Shown here: positions 16,161-26,391 of the stretch, one piece after another
How positions within the stretch are numbered: the first letter of the stretch is position 1
Layout of the letters: every line of letters begins with the position of its first letter
Assembly: GCA_963843575.1 (NCBI GenBank)
Contig: CAWJKZ010000014.1
Location: 288,001-352,000 of the forward strand
Reading direction: 5' to 3'
Length of the DNA stretch: 64,000 nucleotides
Source: an uncultured Acidobacteriota bacterium
Lineage (GTDB): Bacteria > Acidobacteriota > UBA6911
Position numbers and translations under genes: made by a program
Notes under the pieces: model-generated
What the model was told of the DNA's origin: nothing
Seen by the model: only the letters and a program-made list of their open reading frames with translations
Databases searched by the model: none

Positions 16161-17771
16161 ATGAAAATGGACAAACTCATCTCCCTCTGCAAACGGCGAG
16201 GCTTCCTCTTCCAGTCGAGCGAAATCTACGGCGGCCTCAACGGCTTCTGGGATTACGGTCCGCTGGGTGTGGAACTCAAGAAGAACGTGAAGGACGCCTG
16301 GTGGCGGGACATGGTCTCTGGCCATGACGACCTTGCAGCCCCGGAAGGCGCACCCGAACCCTACGAGATGGTCGGACTCGACACGACGATCATCATGCAC
16401 CCGCAGGTTTGGAAGTGCTCGGGCCACTTCGACCTGTTCGTCGACAAGATGGTCGACTGCCGCGAATCGAAGAAGCGTTACCGCTACGATCAGGTGCCCG
16501 GGCGCTGGGTGGAAGCCAGAGGACAGCGCGTATTTGTCTGCACCTCCGCCGAGGAGGACCTCGAAGCCGACATCGAGCGTCGCGCACTCAAGTATCTCAA
16601 CCTGCGGGCCAAGGATGCCGCCGAGCTGGCGTGGGCAGGTCCGCTGGTCTACCTGTCGACGTTGGAGGTGGGCGACTACGACAAGGTGCTCGGGCCCGAT
16701 GCGAAGACCGCCGGCACCCTGACCGCCCCCCGCGATTTCAACCTCATGTTCAAGACGTATGTCGGCGCCCTGTCCGGAGAGGAAGGCGCGGCCTATCTGC
16801 GACCGGAGACCGCGCAAGGCATATTCGTCAACTTCCGGAACGTCCTCGACAGCACCCGGGTGCGCGTGCCGTTCGGCATCGCGCAGATGGGCAAGAGCTT
16901 TCGAAACGAGATCACTCCCCGCAACTTCACCTACCGATCCCGCGAGTTCGAACAGATGGAAATCGAGTTCTTCTGCCGCCCCGACTCCTCGCCGGGCTGG
17001 TACCGCTACTGGCGCGACCGACGCCTGAAGTGGTACAAGGACCTCGGGCTGGCGGGTGACCGCCTGCGGCTGCGCGAACACGGGAAAGACGAGCTCAGCC
17101 ACTACTCGTGCGGCACGTCGGATATCGAGTACGCCTTCCCCTTCCTGCCGCAGGGCGAGTTCGGCGAGCTGGAGGGAGTTGCCCACCGCGGTGACTTCGA
17201 CCTGCGCAGCCACATGGAAGGGAAGCTGGCCGCGAAGGACGGCGCGCTGGTGGTCGAGCTGGGGCCGGACGGCAGGCCGAAATGGAAAGGGTCGGGGAAA
17301 GACCTGTCCTACCGCGACGACATCAGCAACGAGCGCTACGTGCCGCACGTCATCGAGCCGTCGGCCGGCGCCGACAGAGCCACCCTGGCTTTCCTGTGCG
17401 AGGCATACCACGAAGACCAAGCACCGGATGAAAACGGCGTCCTGCAGAGCCGCGTCGTGCTCCGTCTGCACCCGAGGATCGCGCCGATCAAGGCCGCGGT
17501 CTTCCCGCTCGTGAAGAAGGAAGGGATGCCGGAGATAGCCCAGCGTCTCTATCGAGCTCTGAAACCCCACCTGACCGTCTTCTACGACGAGAAGGGAGCC
17601 GTCGGACGGCGCTACCGACGTCAGGACGAAGCGGGCACGCCGTACTGTATCACGGTCGACGGCCAGACGCTCCAGGACGCGACCGTCACCGTCCGGGACC
17701 GCGATTCCCTCCGCCAGTGGCGCGTGCACGAATCCGACCTGTTGCAGGACCTCCGCACCCGCCTGGCCTAG
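16161..17771 (+). CDS. glyQS: Glycine--tRNA ligase, homodimeric (alpha2) type
   Basis: SEIYGG, DYGPLG, YLRPETAQGIF, GKSFRNEI, EFEQME, PHVIEPSAG, YRRQDE. Confidence 0.95.
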   Translation: MKMDKLISLCKRRGFLFQSSEIYGGLNGFWDYGPLGVELKKNVKDAWWRDMVSGHDDLAAPEGAPEPYEMVGLDTTIIMHPQVWKCSGHFDLFVDKMVDCRESKKRYRYDQVPGRWVEARGQRVFVCTSAEEDLEADIERRALKYLNLRAKDAAELAWAGPLVYLSTLEVGDYDKVLGPDAKTAGTLTAPRDFNLMFKTYVGALSGEEGAAYLRPETAQGIFVNFRNVLDSTRVRVPFGIAQMGKSFRNEITPRNFTYRSREFEQMEIEFFCRPDSSPGWYRYWRDRRLKWYKDLGLAGDRLRLREHGKDELSHYSCGTSDIEYAFPFLPQGEFGELEGVAHRGDFDLRSHMEGKLAAKDGALVVELGPDGRPKWKGSGKDLSYRDDISNERYVPHVIEPSAGADRATLAFLCEAYHEDQAPDENGVLQSRVVLRLHPRIAPIKAAVFPLVKKEGMPEIAQRLYRALKPHLTVFYDEKGAVGRRYRRQDEAGTPYCITVDGQTLQDATVTVRDRDSLRQWRVHESDLLQDLRTRLA

Positions 17772-17803
17772 GCCGCTGTCGGCGGGTGCGCCATCCCCCC
17801 GGG

Positions 17804-18574
17804 TCAGGCCGGCCGGTCGCCGCCGCCCGCATCAAGCAGCCTTTTCATCAGGGTGTAGGACTTCAGCCGTTTCTCGAGGTGGTATTCCAGCAGTTTTTCC
17901 GTGAGCCGCTCCAGCGCCCGCAGGTCCGCCTTTGCCGGCTCTCCCGCCGCGAACCGATCGGGAGGCAACGCAAGCGCCGCGCGCAGTTGCGCTGCCGCGT
18001 CGGCAGGGATCCGGATTCCCACCGAGCCGCTGCATTCCGGACAGCGGCCTTCGCCGGACTCTATCCACGCGTGGAACCCGGAGTCCGCTACCGACCGCCC
18101 GCAGCTTGAGCAACGGTCGTAGTTCGGCAACAGACCATTCAGTTTCAGCGCCCAGAGTTCGACATAACGCACCAAGGCGTGGCCCGCGCCGGCTTTCTGA
18201 CCGGCAGCAAGCGCCGCGATCATGAGCCGGAAGAAACTCTCGTTGGCCTGATTCTCCTCGACGAACTCCTGCGCCAGCTCGGCGAGGTAGGTATAGACAT
18301 AGAGCTGCTCCAGGGTGGGGCTGCGTCCGAGGAACGAGTGCACAAGCTCGCATTGCCGAATCCTGCACAGCTCCGCGCCCTCGCGCAGATAGAACCGGAC
18401 CCGGATGTGGTTCAGGGGTTCCAGGGCGGCCCCGAGCATGCTTTTTGGCTTCTTCACTCCCTGCGCGACCCCCCGCACCTTCCCGAATTCACGGGTGAGC
18501 AGCACGACGATCCGGTCGGCTTCGGAGAACGAGTACTGGCGCAGGACCAGCGCTTCGGCGTCATGGATGGGCAT
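17804..18574 (-). CDS. recO: DNA repair protein RecO
   Basis: EADRIVVLLTREFGKVRGVAQG, C-x2-C...C-x2-C zinc finger. Confidence 0.92.
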   Translation of the reverse strand: MPIHDAEALVLRQYSFSEADRIVVLLTREFGKVRGVAQGVKKPKSMLGAALEPLNHIRVRFYLREGAELCRIRQCELVHSFLGRSPTLEQLYVYTYLAELAQEFVEENQANESFFRLMIAALAAGQKAGAGHALVRYVELWALKLNGLLPNYDRCSSCGRSVADSGFHAWIESGEGRCPECSGSVGIRIPADAAAQLRAALALPPDRFAAGEPAKADLRALERLTEKLLEYHLEKRLKSYTLMKRLLDAGGGDRPA

Positions 18575-19174
18575 AGGTCAGGGGCAAGTCGAACCTGAGT
18601 TCCACGCCGTCTGCCGTACGAAGACCTCGGAGGGTCAAGAGGGCTGTCTTTCATCCACGACGCGGCCAGGTCGCGATCGACGCGGAAGAAGACGAACCCG
18701 CCGCGCTCTTCCGCCGGTGCGATGCGGGTGTGCCGGAACATCGCCGCCTCGAGACGTGCGTGGGCAGTCTGGTCGGCGTGGACCGTCAGGACCTTTATGC
18801 CGCGGCGCTTGTAGTACTGCTTCAGGATGCGGTCGGGGCCGAGCGCAGCGTGGTCGCGCTGTCCGGCACTTAGGCTCCAGCGGGCCTTTTCGCAGCTCAC
18901 CACCGCGTCCCGACTGTTGCGCACCGCCACCCAGACGGCCGCGATGCCAAGCTCGGGGAGGTTGTCGTCGAACAATTCCAGGTAGGCGTCTTCGCCCGCG
19001 ACCGCATGCGCCTCGAGTGTGACGTCCGTCGCGCGACGCGCGCGCATACTCCCCGGCCTCAAACGAGGGGACGCTTGCGGGGACGTGCAGCGAACTGCAG
19101 GAAAGTCCGCCGAGCGTGCAGGCGACGAGCAGAGCCGCCCCAATCCAGGCCGCCGCTCTTGCGCCGCTTGCCAT
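18561..19174 (-). CDS. Putative lipoprotein (reconstructed across ~2 frameshifts at ~19040 and ~18640)
   Basis: Signal peptide with LS-C lipobox-like end; coding-like continuation (LELFDDNLPELGIAAVWVAVRN...GGFVFF) in another frame; sits between pssA and recO with near-zero spacing. Confidence 0.5.
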
Positions 19175-19177
19175 ACT

Positions 19178-19972
19178 TCACTCCGCAGGATGGGGCAGGG
19201 GCACTTCCTCGGCGGTTCGGCGTCGCCGCAGCAGCGAGTAGCATCCGCATCACCATTCCCGAAGCTACGTAGATCACGGCCGTGATCAGCAGGGTCCAGT
19301 CCGACTTGGCATAGATCAGGGCGAACAGCGAGCCCGAGCACCAGGATAGTGAGGTGGGACTTCTTTCCGAGCGTCAGGTACTTCAGGCTGCTGTATTTGA
19401 TCGTGCTGACCATCAGGAACGACAGCAGGAAGACTCCGGCGGCGACCAGCCAGCCGCCGACGATACCGCCCCCCACCTGTTGGCCGCCGACGAAGTGCAC
19501 CACGGCGGCGACCGTGCCGCCGGCGGCGGGGATAGGCAGCCCGACGAAGTGCTTCAGGTGCCCGGCCTGGATATTGAAGCGCGCCAGCCGCATCGCCCCG
19601 CAGATCGTGAATGTGAAGGCGGCGACCCAGCCGACGCGCGGCGTGACCTCCGCCAGCCCCCAGACAAAGGCCAGGATCGATGGGGCGATGCCGAACGATA
19701 TGACGTCGGCCAGCGAGTCGAGCTGCAAGTCCGAAGCCGGTCGCGGAATTCGTCATCCGTGCGATCCGGCCGTCGAGCATGTCCAGGATGATCGCGATCC
19801 CGATGGCCTGAGCCGCGTGGTCGTAGTGCCCGCGCATCGTAGCGATGATGGCGTAGTACCCGCAGAACAGATTTCCTACCGTGAAAAGGCTGGGCAGTAT
19901 GAAGACACTGCGTCCCAGCCTCCGTCTGCGGCCCGACGGTCGACCGCCGGTTGCCTCGGGACCTTCATTCAT
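19178..19972 (-). CDS. pssA: CDP-diacylglycerol--serine O-phosphatidyltransferase (frameshifted in this assembly)
   Basis: LPSLFTVGNLFCG, LDGRIAR then, after a frame change at ~19729, QLDSLADVISFG, RLARFN, FVGLPIP; further shifts ~19322 and ~19240. Confidence 0.88.
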
Positions 19973-20592
19973 GCGTGTTCCCCTATAATCGATGTGCCGC
20001 CCTTGACGCGATCGCCGGCCCGGACGACCACCCGGACTTCCTTCGGCAGCAAGACATCCACCCGGGAGCCGAACCGGATGAGCCCGAAAAGCTCTCCACG
20101 TTCAAGCAGGTTGCCCGGCTGCTTCCAGCACACCACGCGACGAGCGATCAAGCCGGCGATCTGTTTCACGACGATCGGGCTTCCCTGCCCCCGAATCGTC
20201 AGGACGTTCTGTTCGTTCACGTGGGAGGCTTCGTCGTCGTAGGCCGCCTTGAAGCGCCCGCGCCGGTATTCGAGCTTCTCCAGCAAGCCGGCCACGGGTG
20301 CGCGGGTCACGTGCACGTTGAAGATGTTCAGAAATATGCTGACCGCGTGCCCTCCCGCGAGTTCGGAACCCTCCGGCAGCTCGCTGATCTTGACCACCTT
20401 GCCGTCGGCCGGCGACACGATCAGCCTCTCGCCCTGCGGTATGTCGCGGTGCGGATTGCGGAAAAAGAAGGCGACAAACAGCGCCAGCGTCAGTGCCACG
20501 GCCGCCACCGCCACGCCGCCCAGCAGCAGGGCGAGCACGGCGACGGCCGCCAGGGGCACAAGAAACCGATAGGCGTCACTGACGACAGGCAT
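19969..20592 (-). CDS. psd: Phosphatidylserine decarboxylase proenzyme
   Basis: FFRNP, SPADG, SIFLNIFNVH, QIAGLIARR, FGSRVD autocleavage motif. Confidence 0.93.
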   Translation of the reverse strand: MPVVSDAYRFLVPLAAVAVLALLLGGVAVAAVALTLALFVAFFFRNPHRDIPQGERLIVSPADGKVVKISELPEGSELAGGHAVSIFLNIFNVHVTRAPVAGLLEKLEYRRGRFKAAYDDEASHVNEQNVLTIRGQGSPIVVKQIAGLIARRVVCWKQPGNLLERGELFGLIRFGSRVDVLLPKEVRVVVRAGDRVKGGTSIIGEHA

Positions 20593-20680
20593 GCGGGAAG
20601 CCACAAGTTCCCCTCAGAACCGTGCCGGAAGGGGCACGCGAAGAGATTTTCGACAGACTCGCCGGTCGAGGGCGGTGGGC

Positions 20681-20926
20681 TCAGCGGCCCGCGGTCATCT
20701 CCTTCCGGTACTGCTGAAGCATGAGGTACATCTGGTCCTTAAGCATCAGCTTCTTTTTCTTGAGCGTGATCTCCTGGATTTTTTCTTCCTCGGTAAGATA
20801 ATGGCGGCTGCTCAGCTGGTCGAGTTGCTCGGCATAGGCATGATGCTCCGCGGCCAGCCTGCGAAACTCCTCGTTGTTGACCATCAGTTGTTCGCGCAGC
20901 TCTGCCTCACCAAGTAGAACACTCAT
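20681..20926 (-). CDS. DUF465/YdcH-family small protein
   Basis: EFRRLAAEHH...LKKKKLMLKDQM; GGAGG RBS. Confidence 0.8.
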   Translation of the reverse strand: MSVLLGEAELREQLMVNNEEFRRLAAEHHAYAEQLDQLSSRHYLTEEEKIQEITLKKKKLMLKDQMYLMLQQYRKEMTAGR

Positions 20927-20998
20927 AGCTTGTCCCCTCCGTTTCAAACATCGTGATTCGCCAGGTCTATGAATTATGTGTTAAACAAATCACTGCGC

Positions 20999-22116
20999 TC
21001 AAGGCAAATCCCACTGATCGGAAACCCTCAGCCGGCTGCGCTCGCGATGGCGGTCGAACCCGAGCTCGACCAGGCGGCCGACGAGCTTCTCAAACGGCAC
21101 GCCCGATGCGGCCCACAGCTTGGAGATACATGCTGATGGGCGTGAAACCGGGCATGGTGTTTATCTCGTTGAGCCACACGTCGCCGGTCTCGCGGTCCAT
21201 GAAGAAGTCGACCCGTGCCAGCCCCGAGCCGTCGATGGCGCGGAAAGCGCGCAGCGTGACGTCCCGTATCTGCTCGGACTTCTCCGGTGCAATCCCGGCC
21301 GGGATGACGAGCCGGCTTTCCGAGCTGACATACTTCGCCTCGTAGTCGTAGAACTCATGGGCGGGGATGACCTCCCCGACGACCGAAACCCCGGCATCGT
21401 CGTTGCCCAGGATGGCGCACTCGAATTCCCGGGCGTTGATGCCCTGCTCGACGAGCACCTTGGAGTCGAACTGGGCGGAGTACATGACGGCGTCGTCAAA
21501 CTCGGCCGGCCCGTGTATTTTGCGCACCCCGACCGACGAACCCAGGTTGGCGGGCTTGGAAAAGACCGGGTACGGAAACTGTGCTTCCACGGCGTGCCTC
21601 GCCTCGCCCAACAGGGCCGGCAGATCGCGTGAGCGCACGACCGTGAACGGCGGCACCGGAAGGCCCGCCTGAACAAACAGGCGCTTCATGACGTCCTTGT
21701 CCATCCCGACGGCGGACGCCAGCACGCCGCACCCGACGTAGGGGACGCCGGCCATCTCCAGGAGGCCCTGGATCGTGCCGTCTTCGCCGTAAGGCCCGTG
21801 CAGCAGGGGGAATATGATCTCAGGAGAGGAATCCCCAGCGGCTTCCGCTGCCGCCGTGATGAAACGCAGCCCGGAGGTGCGGGACACCAGCTCACCATAG
21901 GTCGCGACCCGGTCCCTGCACCTCGGCAGGCAGCATCGCCCGCACCTCGGGCGGGCTGGCCAGCTTCCCCTGGCGGGTGATGCCTATCGCGGTGATCACG
22001 TAGTCGTCGGGGCTGAGCGCACGGATCATGGAGGCCGCGGACGTCAGCGAAACCTCGTGCTCCCCCGATCTCCCCCCGAACAGAATCCCGAGCTTAATTC
22101 TACGGCCGTTTCCCAT
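20999..22116 (-). CDS. ddl: D-alanine--D-alanine ligase (frameshifts ~21900 and ~21125)
   Basis: [12 protein letters not shown]; [13 protein letters not shown]; [10 protein letters not shown]; FYDYEAKY; [10 protein letters not shown]; C-terminus (KLWAASG) restored by a single indel. Confidence 0.9.
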
Positions 22117-23083
22117 CCCCGTTCCCTTCCGGGCGGATCTCGCTCTCCGCGTGTTCCTGGTAGGCTTTTATGATAAGGCGCACAAGGTGATGGCGCACCA
22201 CGTCGGACTCGTTGAAATAACAAAAAGCCAGTCCTTCGACTGACTCGAGAATGCTGCGCGCCTCCACCAGGCCGGAGTTGCGGCCGAACGGCAGGTCGAT
22301 CTGCGTGACGTCGCCCGTGATCACCGCCTTCGAATGCATGCCGATGCGGGTCAGAAACATCTTCATCTGCTCGGAAGTGGTGTTCTGGGCTTCGTCGAGG
22401 ATGATGAAGGCATCGTTGAGAGTGCGACCACGCATAAAGGCCAGCGGAGCGATCTCGATGATTCCGTTCTCGAGAAACCGCTGAATCTTCTCGCCGTCGA
22501 GCAGGATATAGAGGGCATCGTACAGCGGCCGCAGGTACGGATTGATTTTCTCCTCGATGTCTCCGGGCAGGAATCCCAGCTTCTCGCCGGCCTCAACGGC
22601 CGGGCGGGTCAGGATGATCCTCGACACCCCTTTCTCGAGCAGGTAGGTCAACGCCATCGCGACCGCCAGAAAGGTCTTGCCGGTTCCCCCCGGTCCGATG
22701 CCGAACACGATGTCGTTTTTGCGGATCGCGTCGATGTACCTGCGCTGATTCAAGCTCTTGGGAGTGACTTGCCGCTTGCCCGTCGTCAGCAGCTGCATCT
22801 TCGGGAAAAAATCGTGGAGCGAGAGGGCAGTGTCTTCCGCGATCTGTTTGAACGCGGCTTTCAGATCGCCGTTGGTGATCGAATGTCCTTTGTCGACCAG
22901 GGCGGAAAAATCGACAAGTATCTTTTCCAGAGCGTTTACATCACGCTCGTCCCCGTCGATGGTGAGGCCCGCGTCCCGTGCCTGTATCGTGACTCCGAAG
23001 AGATTTTCGAGGAACCGGATGTTTTCGTCGAGGGGTCCAAAAAGGAGCTGTACGCTGCGATCGGAGAGCAGAACTTTTTTCAT
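22100..23083 (-). CDS. phoH: PhoH-family ATPase
   Basis: [37 protein letters not shown]. Confidence 0.93.
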   Translation of the reverse strand: MKKVLLSDRSVQLLFGPLDENIRFLENLFGVTIQARDAGLTIDGDERDVNALEKILVDFSALVDKGHSITNGDLKAAFKQIAEDTALSLHDFFPKMQLLTTGKRQVTPKSLNQRRYIDAIRKNDIVFGIGPGGTGKTFLAVAMALTYLLEKGVSRIILTRPAVEAGEKLGFLPGDIEEKINPYLRPLYDALYILLDGEKIQRFLENGIIEIAPLAFMRGRTLNDAFIILDEAQNTTSEQMKMFLTRIGMHSKAVITGDVTQIDLPFGRNSGLVEARSILESVEGLAFCYFNESDVVRHHLVRLIIKAYQEHAESEIRPEGNGDGKRP

Positions 23084-23236
23084 CTAAAAGTCGTGTGTAC
23101 CTCGTTGTTCGATTGGTGGAATAGGGATGGGGCAGCCGACCGGCCGCTGTGGACGGGCTACGCCCGTGGCAATCGCTCGCATGTCCAACGAAATTGTAGG
23201 CTTCCCGCGACAATTAAGTCAAATGCAAAATAGGGT

Positions 23237-23265
23237 TTGACATGGGTTATAAACCATTGTAGAGT
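23237..23265 (+). promoter_or_regulatory. sigma70-type promoter for rpsT
   Basis: TTGACA-17 bp-TAGAGT upstream of rpsT. Confidence 0.6.
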
Positions 23266-23334
23266 AAGGGTTTTTATTAGCAACCCGGACCCGTCTGGCC
23301 CGGGTCCAAACGAGACTGGCAAGGAGCGGATTCG

Positions 23335-23619
23335 ATGGCAAACCATGCGTCGGCGTTGAAGGCGCACCGACAGAGTGTAAAGCGGCACACCAGAAACCGA
23401 AGCAACCGTAGCGCTTTGAGGACCGCGATCAAGCGCTTCAACGAGTTGTTGAGCGAAGGGAAAGCGGAAGAGGCCAGGAAGTCCATCCCGGCGCTTTACG
23501 AGGTGGTCGACAAGGCGGTCCAGAAGAAAGTCCTGAGTCCGAACGCTGCCTCCCGGCAGAAGTCGCGACTGACACGGCATGTGAACGACGCCGTCGCGAA
23601 TTCGACTACCGCCTCCTGA
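23335..23619 (+). CDS. rpsT: 30S ribosomal protein S20
   Basis: MANHASALKAHRQS...NAASRQKSRL. Confidence 0.96.
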   Translation: MANHASALKAHRQSVKRHTRNRSNRSALRTAIKRFNELLSEGKAEEARKSIPALYEVVDKAVQKKVLSPNAASRQKSRLTRHVNDAVANSTTAS

Positions 23620-23703
23620 ATCCCCCCTTCGAAACCGAGTGACCGCCCCTGGGGAAAACCATCGGCCGGGGGCGGAGCCTGCCCGGGCTTGCATCACCCG
23701 GCA

Positions 23704-24702
23704 TCACAATGAGCAGATCAGCTTCTCGAGCAGCATCCGGGGATCCCCTGCCGAAGACTTGAAGCGACGGTCCAGCGCGGCCAGTTCCCCATAAAGTCGC
23801 GCTGCCGTCTTGCCATCCATCAGCCGGAGGTGGCGCAGAAACGCGTCGCGGATATTCGGGTAGGCGGGCACTTGGGCAGCATCCGCCGCCTCCTGCGGGC
23901 GCCGACCCTCTTCCAAGACATCCCTGGCGATCAGGATCTGGCGGAAGTGCCGGGCCATCATAGCCGCGACGCCGATCGGGCTTTCGTCCGCATCAAGCAG
24001 GTTCGCCAGTATCTTCAAGGCCAGCGGCTTGTTGCGGGCGCCTAAGGCATCCGTCAACTCGAAGATGCGATGCTGCCGGCTGCCCTGTACCAGGTCGTCG
24101 ACTGCCCCCGGGGGGACTTCCTTCGACTTGCCGGCATAAAGCAGCAGCTTGTCGACCTCATGCACCACGGTTTCGAGACTGGAACCAGCCAACTCGATCA
24201 CCTTGTCGAGACACGCGGGGCTGATCGTGTGTCCGCTTTGCCGGACATAGTTCCCCGCCCAATGCTTCAGCGCCTCGCCCCTCAGCGGCGGGAATTCGAC
24301 CGCACAGGCCGAATCCCGCACGGTGCGGTACAGGACGGTGCGACGGTCGATTTCGGTCCCGACGAGCACGACCACGGTCTTGACGGCCGGCGCGTTCAGA
24401 TAGCCGATCAGCGCGTTCCGGTCTTCTTCCTGGATTTTTTCGACATTCCTGACCACAACCATCCGATGGGGCGCCATCATCGGGAAGGTGTTAGCTGCCG
24501 CCAGGAATTCCCAAGCCGGGTCGTCCGGGAGACTGAACTCGGCGTAATTCAGCTGCATGAGGCCTTCCGGTACGACGCTCTCCTTCAGCAGGACGAGTGC
24601 CTGTCGCACTAGGTACTGCTCCGGACCAAACAACGCGTATACAGGACGCAGCCCGTGGCGGGCAAGATCCGATTTCAGGGCTTCGATGCCGGTTATCTGC
24701 AA
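23704..24702 (-). CDS. holA: DNA polymerase III delta subunit
   Basis: PVYALFGPEQYL, FPMMA, EVDKLLLY, IFELTDA; lptE-holA-rpsT synteny. Confidence 0.88.
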   Translation of the reverse strand: MQITGIEALKSDLARHGLRPVYALFGPEQYLVRQALVLLKESVVPEGLMQLNYAEFSLPDDPAWEFLAAANTFPMMAPHRMVVVRNVEKIQEEDRNALIGYLNAPAVKTVVVLVGTEIDRRTVLYRTVRDSACAVEFPPLRGEALKHWAGNYVRQSGHTISPACLDKVIELAGSSLETVVHEVDKLLLYAGKSKEVPPGAVDDLVQGSRQHRIFELTDALGARNKPLALKILANLLDADESPIGVAAMMARHFRQILIARDVLEEGRRPQEAADAAQVPAYPNIRDAFLRHLRLMDGKTAARLYGELAALDRRFKSSAGDPRMLLEKLICSL

Positions 24703-24731
24703 GGCGTGGCTTCCGTGCGGCGCGCGGGTGA

Positions 24732-25274
24732 TCAGCGATTCAGCATCGTGCTGACCAAGCTTGCTGCGAACTCGCGTGAGAGTCGTTCGAGCGCCGGATT
24801 CTCTTCCGAGAAGAACTCCGTCACATTGCTGTTAAGAACATACCGTTCACGGAACAGGAAATCGGGGTTCTGCCAAAGCACGGCCGAGTCCTTGCCGCGC
24901 ACGAGCTTTACCGCGACCTGAACGGTGACGAGAAACGTCGACGCAAAGGTGTTGTTGCCGAAGGTCACCGGAGTGCTGCTGAACGAAAGGATCTCGCCAA
25001 CCAGAACCGCATCGACCCCTGTTTCGCTCGAATTCACCGGAACGCGCGTCCTGGTGGACAACTCCTTGAGCACGGCCCCGGTGACCCGCTGCTCCAGCCT
25101 GTACTGGGACGTGAGGTTGCGAAACGTCGGCACCCCGAGCGACCCGATGCCGGCCGGGAGGCTCTTCACCGATCCGGTGACCTTATAACCGCAGCCCGTG
25201 CCGCCCAGAAAAACCAGGGCGGCGAGGCAGCGCAGCAACGGGCGACTGCGCGCGGTGCATCGACTGATCATCAT
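24732..25274 (-). CDS. lptE: LPS assembly lipoprotein LptE family
   Basis: Lipobox TG-CGY, F-x-N-x-T motif, precedes holA; ATGA overlap with dcd stop. Confidence 0.8.
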   Translation of the reverse strand: MMISRCTARSRPLLRCLAALVFLGGTGCGYKVTGSVKSLPAGIGSLGVPTFRNLTSQYRLEQRVTGAVLKELSTRTRVPVNSSETGVDAVLVGEILSFSSTPVTFGNNTFASTFLVTVQVAVKLVRGKDSAVLWQNPDFLFRERYVLNSNVTEFFSEENPALERLSREFAASLVSTMLNR

Positions 25275-25825
25275 ACCTTGGCAACCTGAATGCTTTGTTG
25301 GGCCTGATATTTTCCTTTTTTGTCCGCATAGGACGACCGGCACTCGTCCTGCGCCCACAGCAGGACCATCTGGCCTATCCCCTCACCGGCATACACTTTG
25401 ACGGGAATGGGAGCGACGTTGGCCAGCGAAATCGTGATGTATCCTTCCCATTCGGGTTCGAGCGGGGTGACGTTGACGATGACGCCGCAACGGGCGTAGG
25501 TGGACTTGCCTTGGCACAACGCCAGAACTCCGCGCGGGATCTTGAAGTACTCCAGCGAACGCCCCAGGATGAACGCGTTGGGCGGGATCAGGCAGCTCCG
25601 GGCACGCCGGTCGTCGAAGCGAATGCGGTCGATTTTCTTCGGATCGATGTGTTTTATCCCGGCTAGGCAGGGGACCTTGAATTCGTCCGACAGACGGAAG
25701 TCGTATCCGTAAGATGAGATGCCGAAGGAGATCTTCCGCATCCTGCGCCGCCCTTCTGCGCAGGGCACGATCATGTCCCGGGTCTTCGCCATGCTTCGTA
25801 TCCAGTGGTCCGGCAGCACACCCAT
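25271..25825 (-). CDS. dcd: dCTP deaminase
   Basis: ISFGISSYGYD, GKSTYARCG, TPLEPEWEG, YAGEGIGQ, KYQ. Confidence 0.93.
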   Translation of the reverse strand: MGVLPDHWIRSMAKTRDMIVPCAEGRRRMRKISFGISSYGYDFRLSDEFKVPCLAGIKHIDPKKIDRIRFDDRRARSCLIPPNAFILGRSLEYFKIPRGVLALCQGKSTYARCGVIVNVTPLEPEWEGYITISLANVAPIPVKVYAGEGIGQMVLLWAQDECRSSYADKKGKYQAQQSIQVAKV

Positions 25826-26055
25826 CGCAGCGCCCCCCAGCAGCCCCTCCGACACAGCGGGACCAGTCTTTGAAAGGCGCGAGTCTAGCACCGAAGGCCC
25901 ACCGTGTAAACGAGGGGAAGCGGGTGGCCCCCGCCAGGGGCATACGCCGTCGACCGAGGTCGGACACGCCCGGCCCGCCCGCGTCGGGCAGAAATGCCTT
26001 GACAGCCTTTGCGGCCAGCAAATAAAATCATTGCACTAACTTATGGAGGGTCAGC

Positions 26056-26358
26056 GTGATAAAACAGGACATCGTGAACCGCGTCGCTGAGCAGTTGAAC
26101 ATCACGAAGGTCAAGGCGGAAATTGCGGTGGAATCTGTCTTCACATCACTCAAGAACGCGCTGAAGCGTGGTGAGAGGATCGAATTGCGCGGTTTCGGCG
26201 TATTCATCGTGAAGCCCCGCAAGAGTGGCGTCGGGCGGAATCCGCGCACCGGAGAAGAAGTCGCAATCCCTCCTGGAAAGACGATTCGTTTCAAGCCGGG
26301 CAAAGAGATACGAGCCGACAAGATCGTCACGGCAGCCGGCGAAAGTCCGCTGCAGTAG
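26056..26358 (+). CDS. HU/IHF-family DNA-binding protein
   Basis: IELRGFGVF, GRNPRTG, FKPGK; GGAGG RBS. Confidence 0.93.
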   Translation: MIKQDIVNRVAEQLNITKVKAEIAVESVFTSLKNALKRGERIELRGFGVFIVKPRKSGVGRNPRTGEEVAIPPGKTIRFKPGKEIRADKIVTAAGESPLQ

Positions 26359-26391
26359 AGGCCCTTCCGGTGATAGAAAGTCCCATATTTC

